The translations under genes were made by a program, and so were the position numbers. DNA of 64,000 nt, taken from Takakia lepidozioides. Its lineage: Eukaryota > Plantae > Bryophyta. Positions within the stretch are counted from its first letter, which is position 1; the number at the start of each line of letters is the position of its first letter. The notes below the pieces were generated by a model. It was not told the DNA's origin. It searched no databases and was given only the letters and a program-made list of their open reading frames with translations. Below are positions 52,001 to 64,000 of this stretch, piece by piece. The DNA lies in assembly GCA_030704615.1 (NCBI GenBank), contig CM060733.1:67704001-67768000 (forward strand). Reading direction: 5' to 3'.

Positions 52001-55000
52001 AATCTGGGTGTTGATTAGTCTCATGGGGTTGGAAGAGACAGGTGTCAGTGATCACAACCATAGGCTTTACCAAGGAGGCACCCATGGTCAACGTGCATGG
52101 TTTCAATGTTTATCACAAGAACCGCCTGATCATGGTAAATGTGGAAAGGAGTGGGAGGAATAGAGGGAAGAGATATACTCCATCATTTATGTTTAATGTA
52201 CAGTAATGCACTCATAGCTGCTTGGGGAACCTGGTCGCTATAGGGTGGGAGGAACGAACAGACACAACAAGGGCCAGGTTGTTCAGCTTACCAGTGGATT
52301 GCCAAAGCAAGTTGCTCTCAATTGTTTTTCGTGATGTGCCTGAGGAGGGAGAGGGAATGGCTGCAGTCTGATCTGCTTGTGACTTCGTTGCATTTGTATG
52401 TCGCAGCCTTTCTGGAAAGTTTTTCAAGATAACAGCAGTCGAGGGAGAGGTGTTGTTGGTGAGTATTGTGGGATGATTCTACCCTACTTCTGATTTGGCT
52501 CACAATATTTTGATGGAGAGTGCTTATTTCTTTCATTGTGTATGTGTAAAGTAAATTCTTGAAGTTTCTGAGGGCAACCTTCATAAGTAGTTTGAGAAAT
52601 AGAGGGTTCAATTTTTTTGGAATCTTGTGGGGTGGGCTTAGAAAAGGCAAAAGGCTAGATGTAAGAATGAAGCTCTGATGTTGTACAGAATGCTTGGAGT
52701 CAGGGGTGTTGGAGGCCAACTTTATAGAGCCAGCACATGACAAGCAAGACTTTGAGAGAACTGCTGTATTCCTGCGACTCGAAACTCGTCTCAAGGCAAT
52801 GACCATTGAGTACTGGTGTGTGAAAAGAAACCCTTCTAGGCAAATACAGAAAGCCAATCGTAAAGGGACATGTCTACTGTTGCTAATATCACTTTGACCC
52901 TTCTCTTCTCGTCTTCTAAATGTGAATTTTAAAGATCCAAGAGGACCATGTGGCTCAGGTCGGAGGCTAAGACATTTCTTTGTGGTTCCCTTGGCAGGAA
53001 CCTACACTGTCATCTGATTGGATATCAGTCTGGTGCAGATAAGTCGAGAAACCCTCGTAAACTGAACCCTCTGGGCAGAGTTGCATCTCAGCCAGTGGAC
53101 CACCCAGCTCCTACAGCCACATTTATTCCTGATCCTACTTTACTGGTGCCTCCTGTAGGGGGCCTGCCGTTTGTTGCTCCCGTGGTGAACATAGCACTAT
53201 CACCAACAACTTCAGATTCAAGTGGCCCAGGTGGATTTCCTGCCTTGCAATCGCAGGTTTCACCACTTGGTGGCCCTGGTTTAGCTAGTTCAGCTCCTGG
53301 ATCTCTCGACTTGGAAAAGGATGTTAACTCGTGTGTTGGGCTTCCTGAGGCAGGAGTTCCAGCTGGAGTCTCTGCTGCAGGCAAAAGTGTTCCTTCTCAG
53401 GTGGTTGCTAATAGTAATGTCAATGGTCACTTGTTCACAGTCAGGGATTCCATTCCTTATGCGAGTACCTCGTCTTCAGCTCCATCCACCCCACCCCAGC
53501 CTGGGGCTGATGGGGGCATTCTTCTACATACACAAACTCAGGTTGCTTCGAGAGAAAGCAGGGATCCAACCTGCGTTGATGTGGGAAGTTCTCTTGGGCT
53601 TTCAGGGCAGGATCCAACTGGAAGGTTTGGGAATACAGCCTCTGTTAGGTGGGCTGCTCAAGATGGCCAGTTGAATGATACTTCTGTTCAAGGGAGAATC
53701 TCTCTGCCAGGAGGCAGAAATGGATCAGGGGAAAGCCTAGTGGCTAGGGTTAAGCTTGAACCCAGAGAGAACTGGGAGGCCCTCAAGAGAACTGCTGCAG
53801 AGGGACACACGAGCTTAGAAACAGGGCAGCATTCAAAGAGACAGAGGGGATGTGAAGAACTGATGGCAATCCCAGTTTCTCCTGGCATCCAGGTGGGTCT
53901 AAGCATATGTTGAATGTAAGCTGAGCTCCCCTTGGACCAGGCTGAGGTTCTATGGCTATTTTGGGCACTTGTTACATGTGGCAATGGTGTGCTTTGCATC
54001 TATGTGCTAAATGCCTGGAGGTCACTCCTTTGGTTTGTCTTTCTACATTTGGTTGTCACATTGAAACCTGCTGTGTACAAGGCATGTCTAAGCAAGCCCT
54101 TGAAATTTTCAGGATCCACATCCAGATGGGTTGATATGCAGTGATGATGAGGGCGTTGGGGAGGGTGTGTTGACTGTTTGTCCATCCAAGAATGGAGCCT
54201 TGCTCGTGGAGGTTTTGGAACAGAATGCACAGCTACGTACAAAGTAAGTTGCACTTTTTCACTAGGTGTTTTTACTTGGAGCCTGTTGTAGTGACAAACA
54301 TGGCAGCCTGTTGTACACTTCTATACCTCTATCAAGCATTTGATGACTGGGATGTTGGGGAATGTGACAGATGTGCGGAATATGAGCTCCGTGAAAAGGA
54401 TTTGGAACAGAAGGTAAACCTTTTACCAAATGTTTGCCAATGCGGAATAGTTTTGGGTTTGTTAGGGACCATGTTTATCCAGAACTGCCTTTTTTGGTGC
54501 CATAATACAAATTCCTTAGTATGCAGAATGAATTGGATGGCCTATACCAATGGGGCAACTAGTTGTAATTCTATGTTGCCTCATTCCGGGATATCTTTTT
54601 GGGTTTGACAGGTGATGGCATTAGAGAAGGAGTTAGAAGAGCAGAAGATCAAGTGTGCTCGGTTTGTGGAGCAGAAGGGAACTCTTAAGACTGTTGCTGT
54701 AAACGGCAATGAGGTATGGGTCACTATTGTGGACATGACATTTGTCATGGGTTTTCTTCCATATGGGGCTTAATTTCAGAATAGTTGGACGGCAACTTGG
54801 TTTAGTTGGGAATAACCCACTGATGCCCTTTTTGCTCTTACTTCACCTGGTTTGAGAAATGGGACAGAAAGGGTCCTGTGCTATTTTGTACCAAACATGT
54901 CATAAGCAATGGTTCACAAGATTGCATTTGCAATATGTGCAGAAAACTCTTGTCCAGGATGGAAGTGAATCTAGCGCAGTCAAGGTACCCAAACCGGAGC

Positions 55001-55035
55001 CTTCAGGCATTGAGTGTGTACAAACGGTTAGTTAG
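39893..55035 (+). CDS. MORC: MORC-family (Microrchidia) GHKL ATPase, ~18 coding exons, C-terminal coiled coil; appears intact
   Basis: Exons: CRHFWRAGDY (~40340), VHPKFLHSNATSHKWALG (~41105), AIAELLDNSLDE (~48370), DDGGGM..CMSLGYS..IGQY (~49240), GNGFKTSTMRLGAD, TQSIGLLSYTFL, HGTKVVVYNLW, YASILYL, GFNVYHKNRLI, PFWKV..GRGVVG, VLEANFIEPAHDKQDFERT; GT-AG junctions in phase where checked. Confidence 0.95.
41490..47750 (-). mobile_element. Head-to-tail stack of 4 LINE copies (APE-RT-CCHC, possibly RTE-X-like) in MORC intron 2
   Basis: Copies at ~41490-41740, 41771-42990, 43064-44665 and 44679-47750; NYRGITLL, QGVAQGCTLSPLLF, MFADD, CPLC..HFLIHC; APE remnants LGTFNF..GVGFFV..VYMP at 46960-47460. 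Confidence 0.93.
42996..43062. repeat. (TG)n(AG)n microsatellites at a LINE junction
   Basis: Direct reading. Confidence 0.9.
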
Positions 55036-56579
55036 CAGATACCACCCAAAATTCTTTACCCGCAAGTTCTCCACTCCTTTTCATTTCTTTGATGGATGTA
55101 TCAGTGGAGCATCTGTGGAAACCCCCTTAAATACAATTTCGGAAGAGGGAAGCCCTCACCCCATGGTGGTTGAGAGGGTTATCCTCAAATCGGAGCTGAA
55201 CCATGACTGGAAAACTCCCACGACAGCTAGTCACATATTTTTTAGTCAATTTTCTGTAAGAGATTTTGACTCTCAGGTTGTGATGTGAAAACTCTTCAAG
55301 ATTATTTGATTAGCATGCCGCTACAAGAGGTTGGTAGGAGGGCCTGGCCCAAGTCAAGGTGTCTTTGTTATACTGCAGTGCAAGTTAGAGGAAGGCCCTT
55401 TTTCCGTTATATAATGGAGGTCAGCAACTAGGGACTGCTCTTGTAACACCAAGTCTGTTGGGGGGTATAGTTCCTTATGGACACCATTAAAAGTTTTGGT
55501 TGGATTTGTGATTTCGTTTTGGACTTTCAAGTGTATAATTGAGGCAGCATCAAAGGTGCATTAAAGGTGGACTGCAGATCATGGGCCCACAAGCTTATAT
55601 AGTCTTCTGGCATGGCTGGAGGTCCAATGATGGCTACCATCTTGGTAACAAATGTGTTGATGAAAAGGCATCCAGATTACTGGCAAATTCTGGAGCATCA
55701 GGTTGTAGTGATGGCATTGTCAGTTAGGATTAGTCTGTTTGCCATTCTGTCCAGGGGCCTTCTTCATTCTGATAATAACATTACACCATTTGTCCGTGCT
55801 GTATCACTCTGCACTTGCATCCAGATGATCTGCTCATTCCCCAGGATGCTGCTAATGACATTCGTATCCCTGATTCTCCCATTGCACTACCAAGTGTACT
55901 CCCCAAGGAGTGAAAGCTCTCTATAGAAAGGATTTGCAATTTGCCAGTATTCACTAGTCTGCCAGGCTAACAGTGACCTTCAAGCCATAATGCATAATCA
56001 GTGAAACCACAGTGCGGTCGGTCAAAATGTGCCCTGAAATCAAGTGGAAATCAAAGAATCGAAATATAAGTGCAGTTGTCAGCTTCTTTGCACGTAGGCT
56101 TAGTCCTTGCCTAGACACAATGGGGGTCCACCCTGCAAACTCACCCGGTGATATATTTTCAGCATCGCACAAAGTCAAATGACTCCCACAGGCCACTGGC
56201 CTGTAACAATGTACTTTCCAACCTCCTGTCCGAGTCGTACAGCTCTCTTTTAGAGTTGTCCATGACCACGGCCAGACCAATGCCAATCAGATTGCGTGTC
56301 CAGTCTACACCATGGCCAAGACCAGGGGAGCAACAGAAGAAGGGATAAGTCAGCTCCAGCAGCCATTCTCTTTCCTCCATCTCAGCTACTTGTGATGGAA
56401 TTGAAGAGTGACACAGAAACAGGTTAGAAAGCTTGATTTAATTGGAGGTGGAGAAAATTAGGAGCAACTCCAGATGGAAGGCAGGATCTTCAAAATGGCT
56501 AGAACAAGTATACTATACCCAGTGATAGACAGGCACTCAATGTCCAGTTGCGGGTAGTTGAAGTGGTGCTAAATTTAGG

Positions 56580-57384
56580 TGCTGCAAACACCTAAATAGA
56601 TTCATGGAGTAACTGACAACAGAGATGGTGCCTCTTGGGGACTCCGGTGATCTGAAAAAACAAGTACTGCATCAAACCATATTTCGCTATGTTGTCAGTC
56701 CACTCCCCTATCTAGGTGGGTGGGTGATGCAATTGTTGCCTGCACGAAGTTCCTGGGAGAAAATCCTGGGAGAAAATCTCACTTGTCCTCTATTTGAGAT
56801 CGCCGTTCCTTAAGTTGCGCATGCTTAGTGATGATTCTATATGATAGGAGTGCTTCAAATACATGCACTTTCCGTACCACAACAACAGATTGGAGATGCC
56901 GAAAAACAGTACAAGAATCCATGAGCCTCGCATCCATGACGGCTGTGTCATTTGATAAAGCAAGCAAGTGCCATCCACTCATTGCTGCAAACACCTAAAT
57001 AGATTCATGGAGTAACTGACCCACAGAGATGGTGCCTCTTGGGGACTCCGGTGATCTGAAAAAACAAGTACTGCATCAAACCATATTTCGCTATGTTGTC
57101 AGTCCACTCCCCTATCTAGGTGGGTGGGTGATGCAATTGTTGCCTGCACGAAGTTCCTGGGAGAAAATCCTGGGAGAAAATCTCACTTGTCCTCTATTTG
57201 AGATCGCCGTTCCTTAAGTTGCGCATGCTTAGTGATGATTCTATATGATAGGAGTGCTTCAAATACATGCACTTTCCGTACCACAACAACAGATTGGAGA
57301 TGCCGAAAAACAGTACATGAGCCTCGCATCCATGACGGCTGTGTCATTTGATAAAGCAAGCAAGTGCCGTCCACTCATTGCTGC
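56580..57384. repeat. Near-identical ~403-bp tandem duplication
   Basis: 56581-56983 vs 56984-57384; identical 62-aa ORFs at 56625 and 57029. Confidence 0.95.
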
Positions 57385-60300
57385 GGCGATCATCGAGTTC
57401 CCTGTCCCTGCTGTGAGATCTCTCCATTCCGCGTCAAGTGTTCGTAATCTGTGTTGTTAAAGATTGTACTCATAAGACGTTGTTTGCCGTAGCCTTGTGG
57501 CCATTGACCCCACGCCCAGTTTGAGCGGGAACAAAAGGGACAGAACCTACCTCTGTCAGGGGCTGACGTTGGTAGTAAGACTTACCTCCATATAAAGAAT
57601 TAATCCGGGTTTTCCAGATATCCTCTAGAAATCCCTTCACACAAGCATCAATCTGCTGTGTGTGATTTGCCCAAAAACTAGGCCTCAGGAGGGCCTGGGC
57701 TTTTGGCTCAGCCTCGAGACTTTCAAAGTTGTTAAACAGGGGTACAGGCACAATTCCCTTGATAGAATTGAAGAGAGCGTCTCTTTGGTGAGAGAACCCC
57801 GGACAGTGTATCAGAAAGTGAATACTGTCTTCAGATTGCCCACACAGCGGGCAATTGCACTCTCCCTTTCCTCTCTGCTTCTGTTTGCTGTTCAAAGGTA
57901 GGCTTCCTGCCCTGAGTTTAAATTTCAGTCTAGTGCCGAGAGTGGGTAGACCCTTGAGGTCATCCAAGATGTCCTCCCCCATGTCACAGACTGGAAACAA
58001 GTTCAGGGAAGTTTTCTGCCTAACTTCATTTTCATCAGACAATCTCATGGCAACAGACATGGCTGAGGACACTACAGCCTCTGAGTCAGATTTATCCAGC
58101 AGGGTCAAGACTTGCGGATCCAGGTCCAGGTCCTTGAGGATCTCTTCTACTCTCTTCTGCCAGGACTTAGCCTGTTTGACAGGGCGGTCCTGTTTCCAAG
58201 ATATAGAGTCGATTAACTTAGGATATCTGGTGTTGGGCATATGTTGCAGCTGACCCCACCATCTGACCTTGAATTCATCTCGTCGGGAGCTTAAGGACGG
58301 AATGCCAAACTCACCCCGAACAGCCACATTGGCTGTTTTGGAGCATACTGACATACATTCCTTAAGCACCCCCACTTGAATGGATTCTAGAGACTTAGCC
58401 TGGTTGGAGTTATCAACCCATATAGCAGATCCGTACTCCAAGGCAGGTCTAATAACGCGTCAAAGCATGGTTTTCTTAGCCTCAGAGTCGACCCCTCTGC
58501 AGTGGAAAAATTTAGTGAGCCCCAGAGCTTTGCCCTTGCCAGTTTGAACAACTTTCCGGATATGTGCATCCCAATTACAATTGGAGGAGAACTCCACGCC
58601 CAGCTAAGTGTAGGAAGGGAGGACCGGGATCTCCTGGCTACCCCACTGCCACTTAAGATCACTTCCTCCCTCTCCTCTGTCGTTGAATGCTATCATTGCA
58701 CATTTGCTGACATTAGCCTCTAGCCCCCAAAGATCAAAGTATCTCTTCGCGCAATCAATCAACTCCTGGAGATTGGTTGGAGTCTCCCCTATGCCTGCGA
58801 AGTCATCCGCAAACATAAGGGCTGGTATGGTGGTATCACCCACCCTTAACCCCAATCCCTCTCTTTCCACATCCTCGAGGAGTTGATTGATGAAAACATT
58901 GAAGAGCAGAGGGGAGAGAGTACATCCTTGAGCTACACCTTGGTCTATGTCAAAGAAGTTGGACTTCTGTCCGTTAACAGTGACACAGCTTTTGGTGTGA
59001 GCATACAAGTTGTGGACAACTCTCTACATCTTTCCCTTGATCCCACAAGACCAGAGGTGGAACCATAGGCCATCTCTCCACACTGTGTCACAAGCCTTTT
59101 TGACATCCAGGAAAAAGACATAAGTGGGTTTCCCTTCTTTTTTCCTTCCCTGGATAATCTGGCTTAGAGTGAAGATATGATCCACACAGCCCCTGTTTCG
59201 CCGAAAGCCAGCTTGGCCTTCGTGGAAACAACCTCTAGACTCCAGATCAACCTCGAGACGAGTACTTATAACTCTGCAGAATGTCTTGCCAACAGCATTG
59301 AGGAGCGTGATGCCACGGTAGTTCCCCGGTTCTTCTCTGTCACCCTTCTTGTATAGATTGACAATGACCCCCTGTCGCCAGCGAAAGGGGATCATTTCAG
59401 TCTTCCAGATAAGGTTAAAGAGGAGAACTAGGGCCTCTATCATGGGATCGCCACCGTGCTTAATAAGCTCGTTGACAATACCATCAGGTCCACCAGCTTT
59501 ATATCCATTTAAATGTTCAATTGCTTCCACAATCTCAGAAGAACTAATGGGAGCATTATAAGCCATTGAAATATACTCCAGTTCATCAGGGCTGTTTTGA
59601 ATCGTAGGAACAGTTTTTCCAACTGTGTCCCTCCATTCAGCAGAAGACCCCTCACTGTTAGACCTAGAAGTTCTGCCAAGGATACTGTAGTGAGTTTCAA
59701 AGGTTTTGACAATGTCAACCGATGAAGTCACCACTGCACCTTTAGTAGTCTTCAGCACTTGTACTTGCTGACCGTTTTTCGGCTTGTACAAACGTTGAAG
59801 GGCCAGCCAGAATTTCTTGTCATTACCACCATGGTGGTTTGAGTTTATTTCACTGTATAACTTGTCCCAGTATAATTTCTTCTGAGACCTAACAAGCTGA
59901 TTGATATCTTTACGGAGCTGGTAGTACCTCGCCCACAATTCTCTGTTGGTTTCCAAATTGCAGCACTCTTTATAGAGGGCTCGTCTCTCAGCTATCTTGA
60001 GTTTAATCTCATTAGTCCACCATTAACTGCTCTACCGCAGACAATTAGTTTCCTCCCAATGTGTTGTTAAAGAGAAGGTCATGATGCATAGGGTCGACAC
60101 TGTGATCCACTTGCATCGACTCGCTGTGGAGTTGAAAGGGCGAGTTCTCCTTCACAGGCAGAATGCAAAAAATATCTTCGTCTGCAGGCAGGGTAAGGGT
60201 TAAGATACCTGACAGAAGAGCTGAAAACAGCTGATTCAGTATTTACAATTCCCTGAAGTATCTTCATGTCACTGCAGACCACACAAAAAAATCACTACTA

Positions 60301-62720
60301 CCCAGCAGCCAAAATTCAGATAAGTACAACATGTCACCTCTTCTGTTCGATTGGACATGAGGGGAAGCTGGTTGATGCAGGTCCACTTCTTCTTCAGAAT
60401 CTTGAAAGGCATATTCTTTGTCATAGCTGTCCGAACCTCTTCCTCCGTTCTGTTGTCCCCCTTCGTGAAGAGGACAACACAACCCTTGTCATGGAGGAGC
60501 TTCCCTGCCAATGCCACTACGTACATGGAGGCCTTTGGGCTCTTCTCATTCCATTTTGGGATCTGAAGTTCATTCCCAACTTCCTTCGCTGGGGTGCCAT
60601 GCGGGATGTCCGCCATCAGAAGATCAACAGCTCCAGCAAAAGATGGCTCCCCCTCAATCTCTGAGCAATGGCCTTCCGTGGACATGACAGTCATCCATTC
60701 GTCCAGCTGCTTTTTGGTGGGGGGCCAGACCGGCCCTTTCTTCCCATCGATCATGGCAATATAATCTGCATGGGGACAGGTTACTGCACAGGACTGTGGG
60801 ACACTGTCTCCGATTGTCCTTGCTGCGAAGGGCTTGGCCTTCTCAAAAAATAAGATTTCTTTTCTGGGCAGAGTGCAGCCCCATCCTTGCAAGCTGCTCT
60901 TGGGCAAAAGTACCCGCCAGGAGTCTTGCCCCCCCGCCCTCACTTCTATCCGCATGGACTGATCAGTGCTTGGCGTCGTGCTACTTGGACTGCCCCCGGC
61001 AGTGGTTTTGGAGACTTTGCTGGCCTTCTCCCCTTTCTTCTTCCCAGCCCGCCGTCCTTTCCCCTTTGCTTCTCTTTGGTTGTATTCCTGTTCATCGTGT
61101 AGACGGAGCCACTCTGCCTCTGCTGCAGTTTCAAGGATCGCCTGCTGCCTGGCTGCCTCCTCGGCAGCTGCCTTTTCATCCGGTTCAGCAGAGCCGTTGA
61201 TCAAAGCCTGTGCCGCGTCGTACTCCTCCTTCTCTTCCACGGGTTTCACTTCCCCCTTCATGTCCAGCCATCATGGACAGTGTGGATGGACATACCGGCT
61301 ATAATGCCTCAATTGAGCTGGACAGGACGCTGTTGTTTCAAGGAACTCGCTGACCCACGTTTGCAGGATGGGGGGGGTGTCGTGGATCAACTTCTTCTCA
61401 CCCCGCAAATACGTGTGAATGTACCTGCACATGAATACAATGTGAGTGCATGTAAGCGTGGTTCAAGCGAAACCAAATTCACCTCCCCTCGAGTGCGCTG
61501 TTGTGTTTATACCTGAACAACATCCGTTTAGACGGCCTCAGCTCTCCAGGTTGATTTGTCAGCTGCACACTTCAACGCATGCCCTCTTTGTATTCGGCAT
61601 AAAATAAACTGTCCCAGTACTTCAGCTTCCAGCGGTCTATGTAAGTTGGCTGGTCGTCAGCAATACCCACTATGTTGGGCATGGCAAAACTGGAGGTATC
61701 CTCGAGTTGATCGAGCTGCCGTTGAGCCTCCTCAATATTCTGGGGAAACCAGCGACAGATTGTGAGGCTGGATTTGGCGCCGAATGTAAACAGGAGGAAA
61801 CCAGGAGGAAAGAATGCAGGAAACAGCATGACACAGCAGGAAAAAAAGAAGGAGTGAACCAGCAGCAGATTGTGAGGCCAAGAATTCGGCGCCGAATGTA
61901 AACAGCAGGAAAAAAAGAAGCAGCAAAATGAAGGAAGAAGTAGAAAAATGAAGGAGCTGACTTGATACCACCATGTAGCTCTGTCACAAAAAACCTCATC
62001 ATAATAAGTTTGTATGGCCAGGTTGCAGGAATTTTGAAGAGTCTCTGCACCAATGTACTCTACAAGGGCCTCCTTAGTCAAAGTCATCCAACCTTCTCTC
62101 TTAGCTTCTGCACAAGAACAAAGATTACAGAGCTGAGCAGATGACAAGAGAGGATGCTGGATGTTTCTGGGAGGACACTATGAATGGGAGGATGTTTTTG
62201 GGAGCACTTATGAATGGGAGGACGCTTTGAATTGCTGAAGCAACGGACACAACAACGACACAACTCCGAGATATTTACATGCGCCTCATGGCCCGGCGAA
62301 CCAAGCCCATGTCGTGCTCCTTGATGTCCAACATATACGCCTTAACCCGGATATGCCAGTCAGCATCATTTTTTGCAGCTTGCTGATGACTTCAGTCCAG
62401 GCATACCATCTGTGGTTTCCATTGAAGACGTAAGAATTTCCCTTTCAGCCAGTGCCAGTCTGGGTTGATCTCCAGCTCCCGTTCAAATTCAGCGTTGGTG
62501 ACCTTCCAATGCAAGTCCCAGTTTGCTATATCTGTATCCGTCACATCCTGGTCCTCCCCCTTGTCGTTCACAGCCGCTAGGAGGAATCCTGCCAGAGACT
62601 CATTATAGCCATCCACCTCGAAGTATCCCTTGAGAAGATTGATGCCATTTTTATCTGGCTGCCTTACTGCAGGCAACGGCTTCATGCGACAAAGAGGAAC
62701 ATAGGGGAGGAGGCTTGCAA
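56800..62720 (-). pseudogene. Fusion gene copy D (ParB-like, linker, MTase-like), interrupted by a LINE
   Basis: VPLCRMKPLPAVRQ..(frameshift) VFNGNHRWYAW (~62420); WMTLTKEALVEYIG; VDLLMADIPHG (~60610); VDPMHHDLLFNNT at 60075 continuing at 57449 into DLTAGTGNSMIAAAMSGRHLLALSND. Confidence 0.82.
57464..60059 (-). mobile_element. 5'-truncated LINE of the same family as the intronic stack, with a 14-bp TSD
   Basis: TGTGTTGTTAAAGA at 57450-57463 and 60060-60073; RT motifs; near-identical to 44679-46645. Confidence 0.96.
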
Positions 62721-62724
62721 ACAT

Positions 62725-64000
62725 CAAGTGTCGGATTGCTACTGCACCCACACACAGACGGGCTGGCTCTCTTACGATGCGACAGGGCCTTTGTGTTGGA
62801 AATGGCCTCTGGTGTGCCACGAAGAGGAAAAATCGAGAAGGCGGTTGACCTCCCTGCCTCACCAGATCATCCGTCGCTCTACATGTCAAGCGAAGCTCTG
62901 CTTGGTACAACCAGCTATAAGCTAACCATGCATACCATTATGGAAACGTACTACCACAATGATGAATACGAAATCATGTATGTCTACAAAGCGGGCCTAG
63001 ACACAACATTCTGCTTCATCTATGTGGCTGCAGAAGACACAAGGCAACGGATGCTGGTGCAGGGAGTGCGAGTGAACCACATGTTGATCAAGCCCGCGGT
63101 TCGCACAAGAAGGACCAGTATGACGGGACAAGCTGCGTCACCACAAGAGATTGTAGCAGACAGGGACGCCCTCACGTTAGTGATCAAGACCCTCAACCCA
63201 CTCCACTCACAGACTGCAACGGAGGTGGCAATTCGAGACATCATGGGCAAAGACAACCTGGAGCACATTCATTTTGGCAAGTTAGCCAGAACCCAGAAAG
63301 TCAAGCACACAGGTCTCGCTCTAATCACCTGCAAGAACCCAAGTGTGTACACTCAGTGGTGTAATTGGCCCCATATACTCGTCATTGACATATGTCACAT
63401 TCGAACCACACTCGAACAGTCTGAACGGGGCCACACCCCCCGCAGCCGGCATTCTGGAGAGGCTGCGGGTAGCCAATATCAATCAGGCTTTAGCAGACAC
63501 TGTGCAGTCCCTCAACATCAAGACAGGCACCAGTTCCAAGCTGCAATGATGTCCGAAATCGACCAAAAGCTGGCCGCCCAAAAACCTTGGAGCTATGGAG
63601 TCTAGGGTTGCGCTCACCCTGGCCACACAACAGGACACGCACCACACTTACTTGATCTCGCTCCAGGACTCTATCGCCAAGAACTTGGGGGCCAACTTGG
63701 CAAGTTTCTACGAGCATGCAAGCAAGATTCTGGAGACGCTGCCCCCACCCCCAGGGCTAGTGAATTCACCTGTTGGACAGAGCGCCATCACCACCACAGC
63801 AGAGCCACCACCCGGAAAATACAAGCTGCCAACACTGATCGAACTGCCCATCACTACTCCTCCCTCCCGTCTCGACTTCACCAGTACAGCGAAGGCCAAG
63901 GCACCAGACGGCGCTCTTCCAGCACCGGCACAATCTCCACTTACTGCCAACGCACAAGCATCAGGCCTCTCTCCCATGAATCCTAACCTGCATAATGCGT
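62725..64000 (+). pseudogene. LINE ORF1-like protein with two RRM-like domains; truncates the 5' end of copy D and runs off the window
   Basis: FCFIYVAAEDTRQRMLVQGVRV and LTLVIKTLNP..GLALITCKNP..VTFEPH patterns, followed by coiled-coil and Pro-rich segments. Confidence 0.55.

Noticed and set aside
39893-55035. Functional clustering of MORC with the MTase elements
   Set aside because: The elements seem abundant and decayed; adjacency is most simply chance
55500-56400. Possible degenerate coding sequence on the - strand
   Set aside because: Short broken ORFs with no motif I can identify

Overview
Repeat-rich eukaryotic DNA, most likely from an early-diverging land plant (inference from spliceosomal introns, plant-type retroelements and a plant MORC gene). 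The window holds one apparently intact host gene (an ~18-exon MORC GHKL ATPase, 39893-55035), two Ty3/Gypsy LTR retrotransposons (a partial non-chromovirus with a long extra ORF, and a complete chromovirus with a TSD), and a stack of LINE copies. The main result is a multi-exon gene that occurs as four diverged, decayed copies (A ~8.0-12.0 kb, B ~25.0-26.9 kb, C ~30.9-37.5 kb, D ~56.8-62.7 kb). It joins a ParB/Srx-like domain (DGNHR motif) to a beta-class N6-adenine/N4-cytosine DNA methyltransferase-like domain (DIPxG ... LDLxxGTG ... RHxxxxE); copy B retains only the MTase half. Copy C lies head-to-head with a Mutator-like DDE transposase, copy B lies between TIRs, and copies A, C and D each carry their own palindromic motifs in introns. 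Together this suggests a DNA-transposon family with a phage-like ParB-methyltransferase cargo and candidate binding sites. All domain calls come from reading motifs by eye, and exon or element boundaries without a stated motif are approximate.
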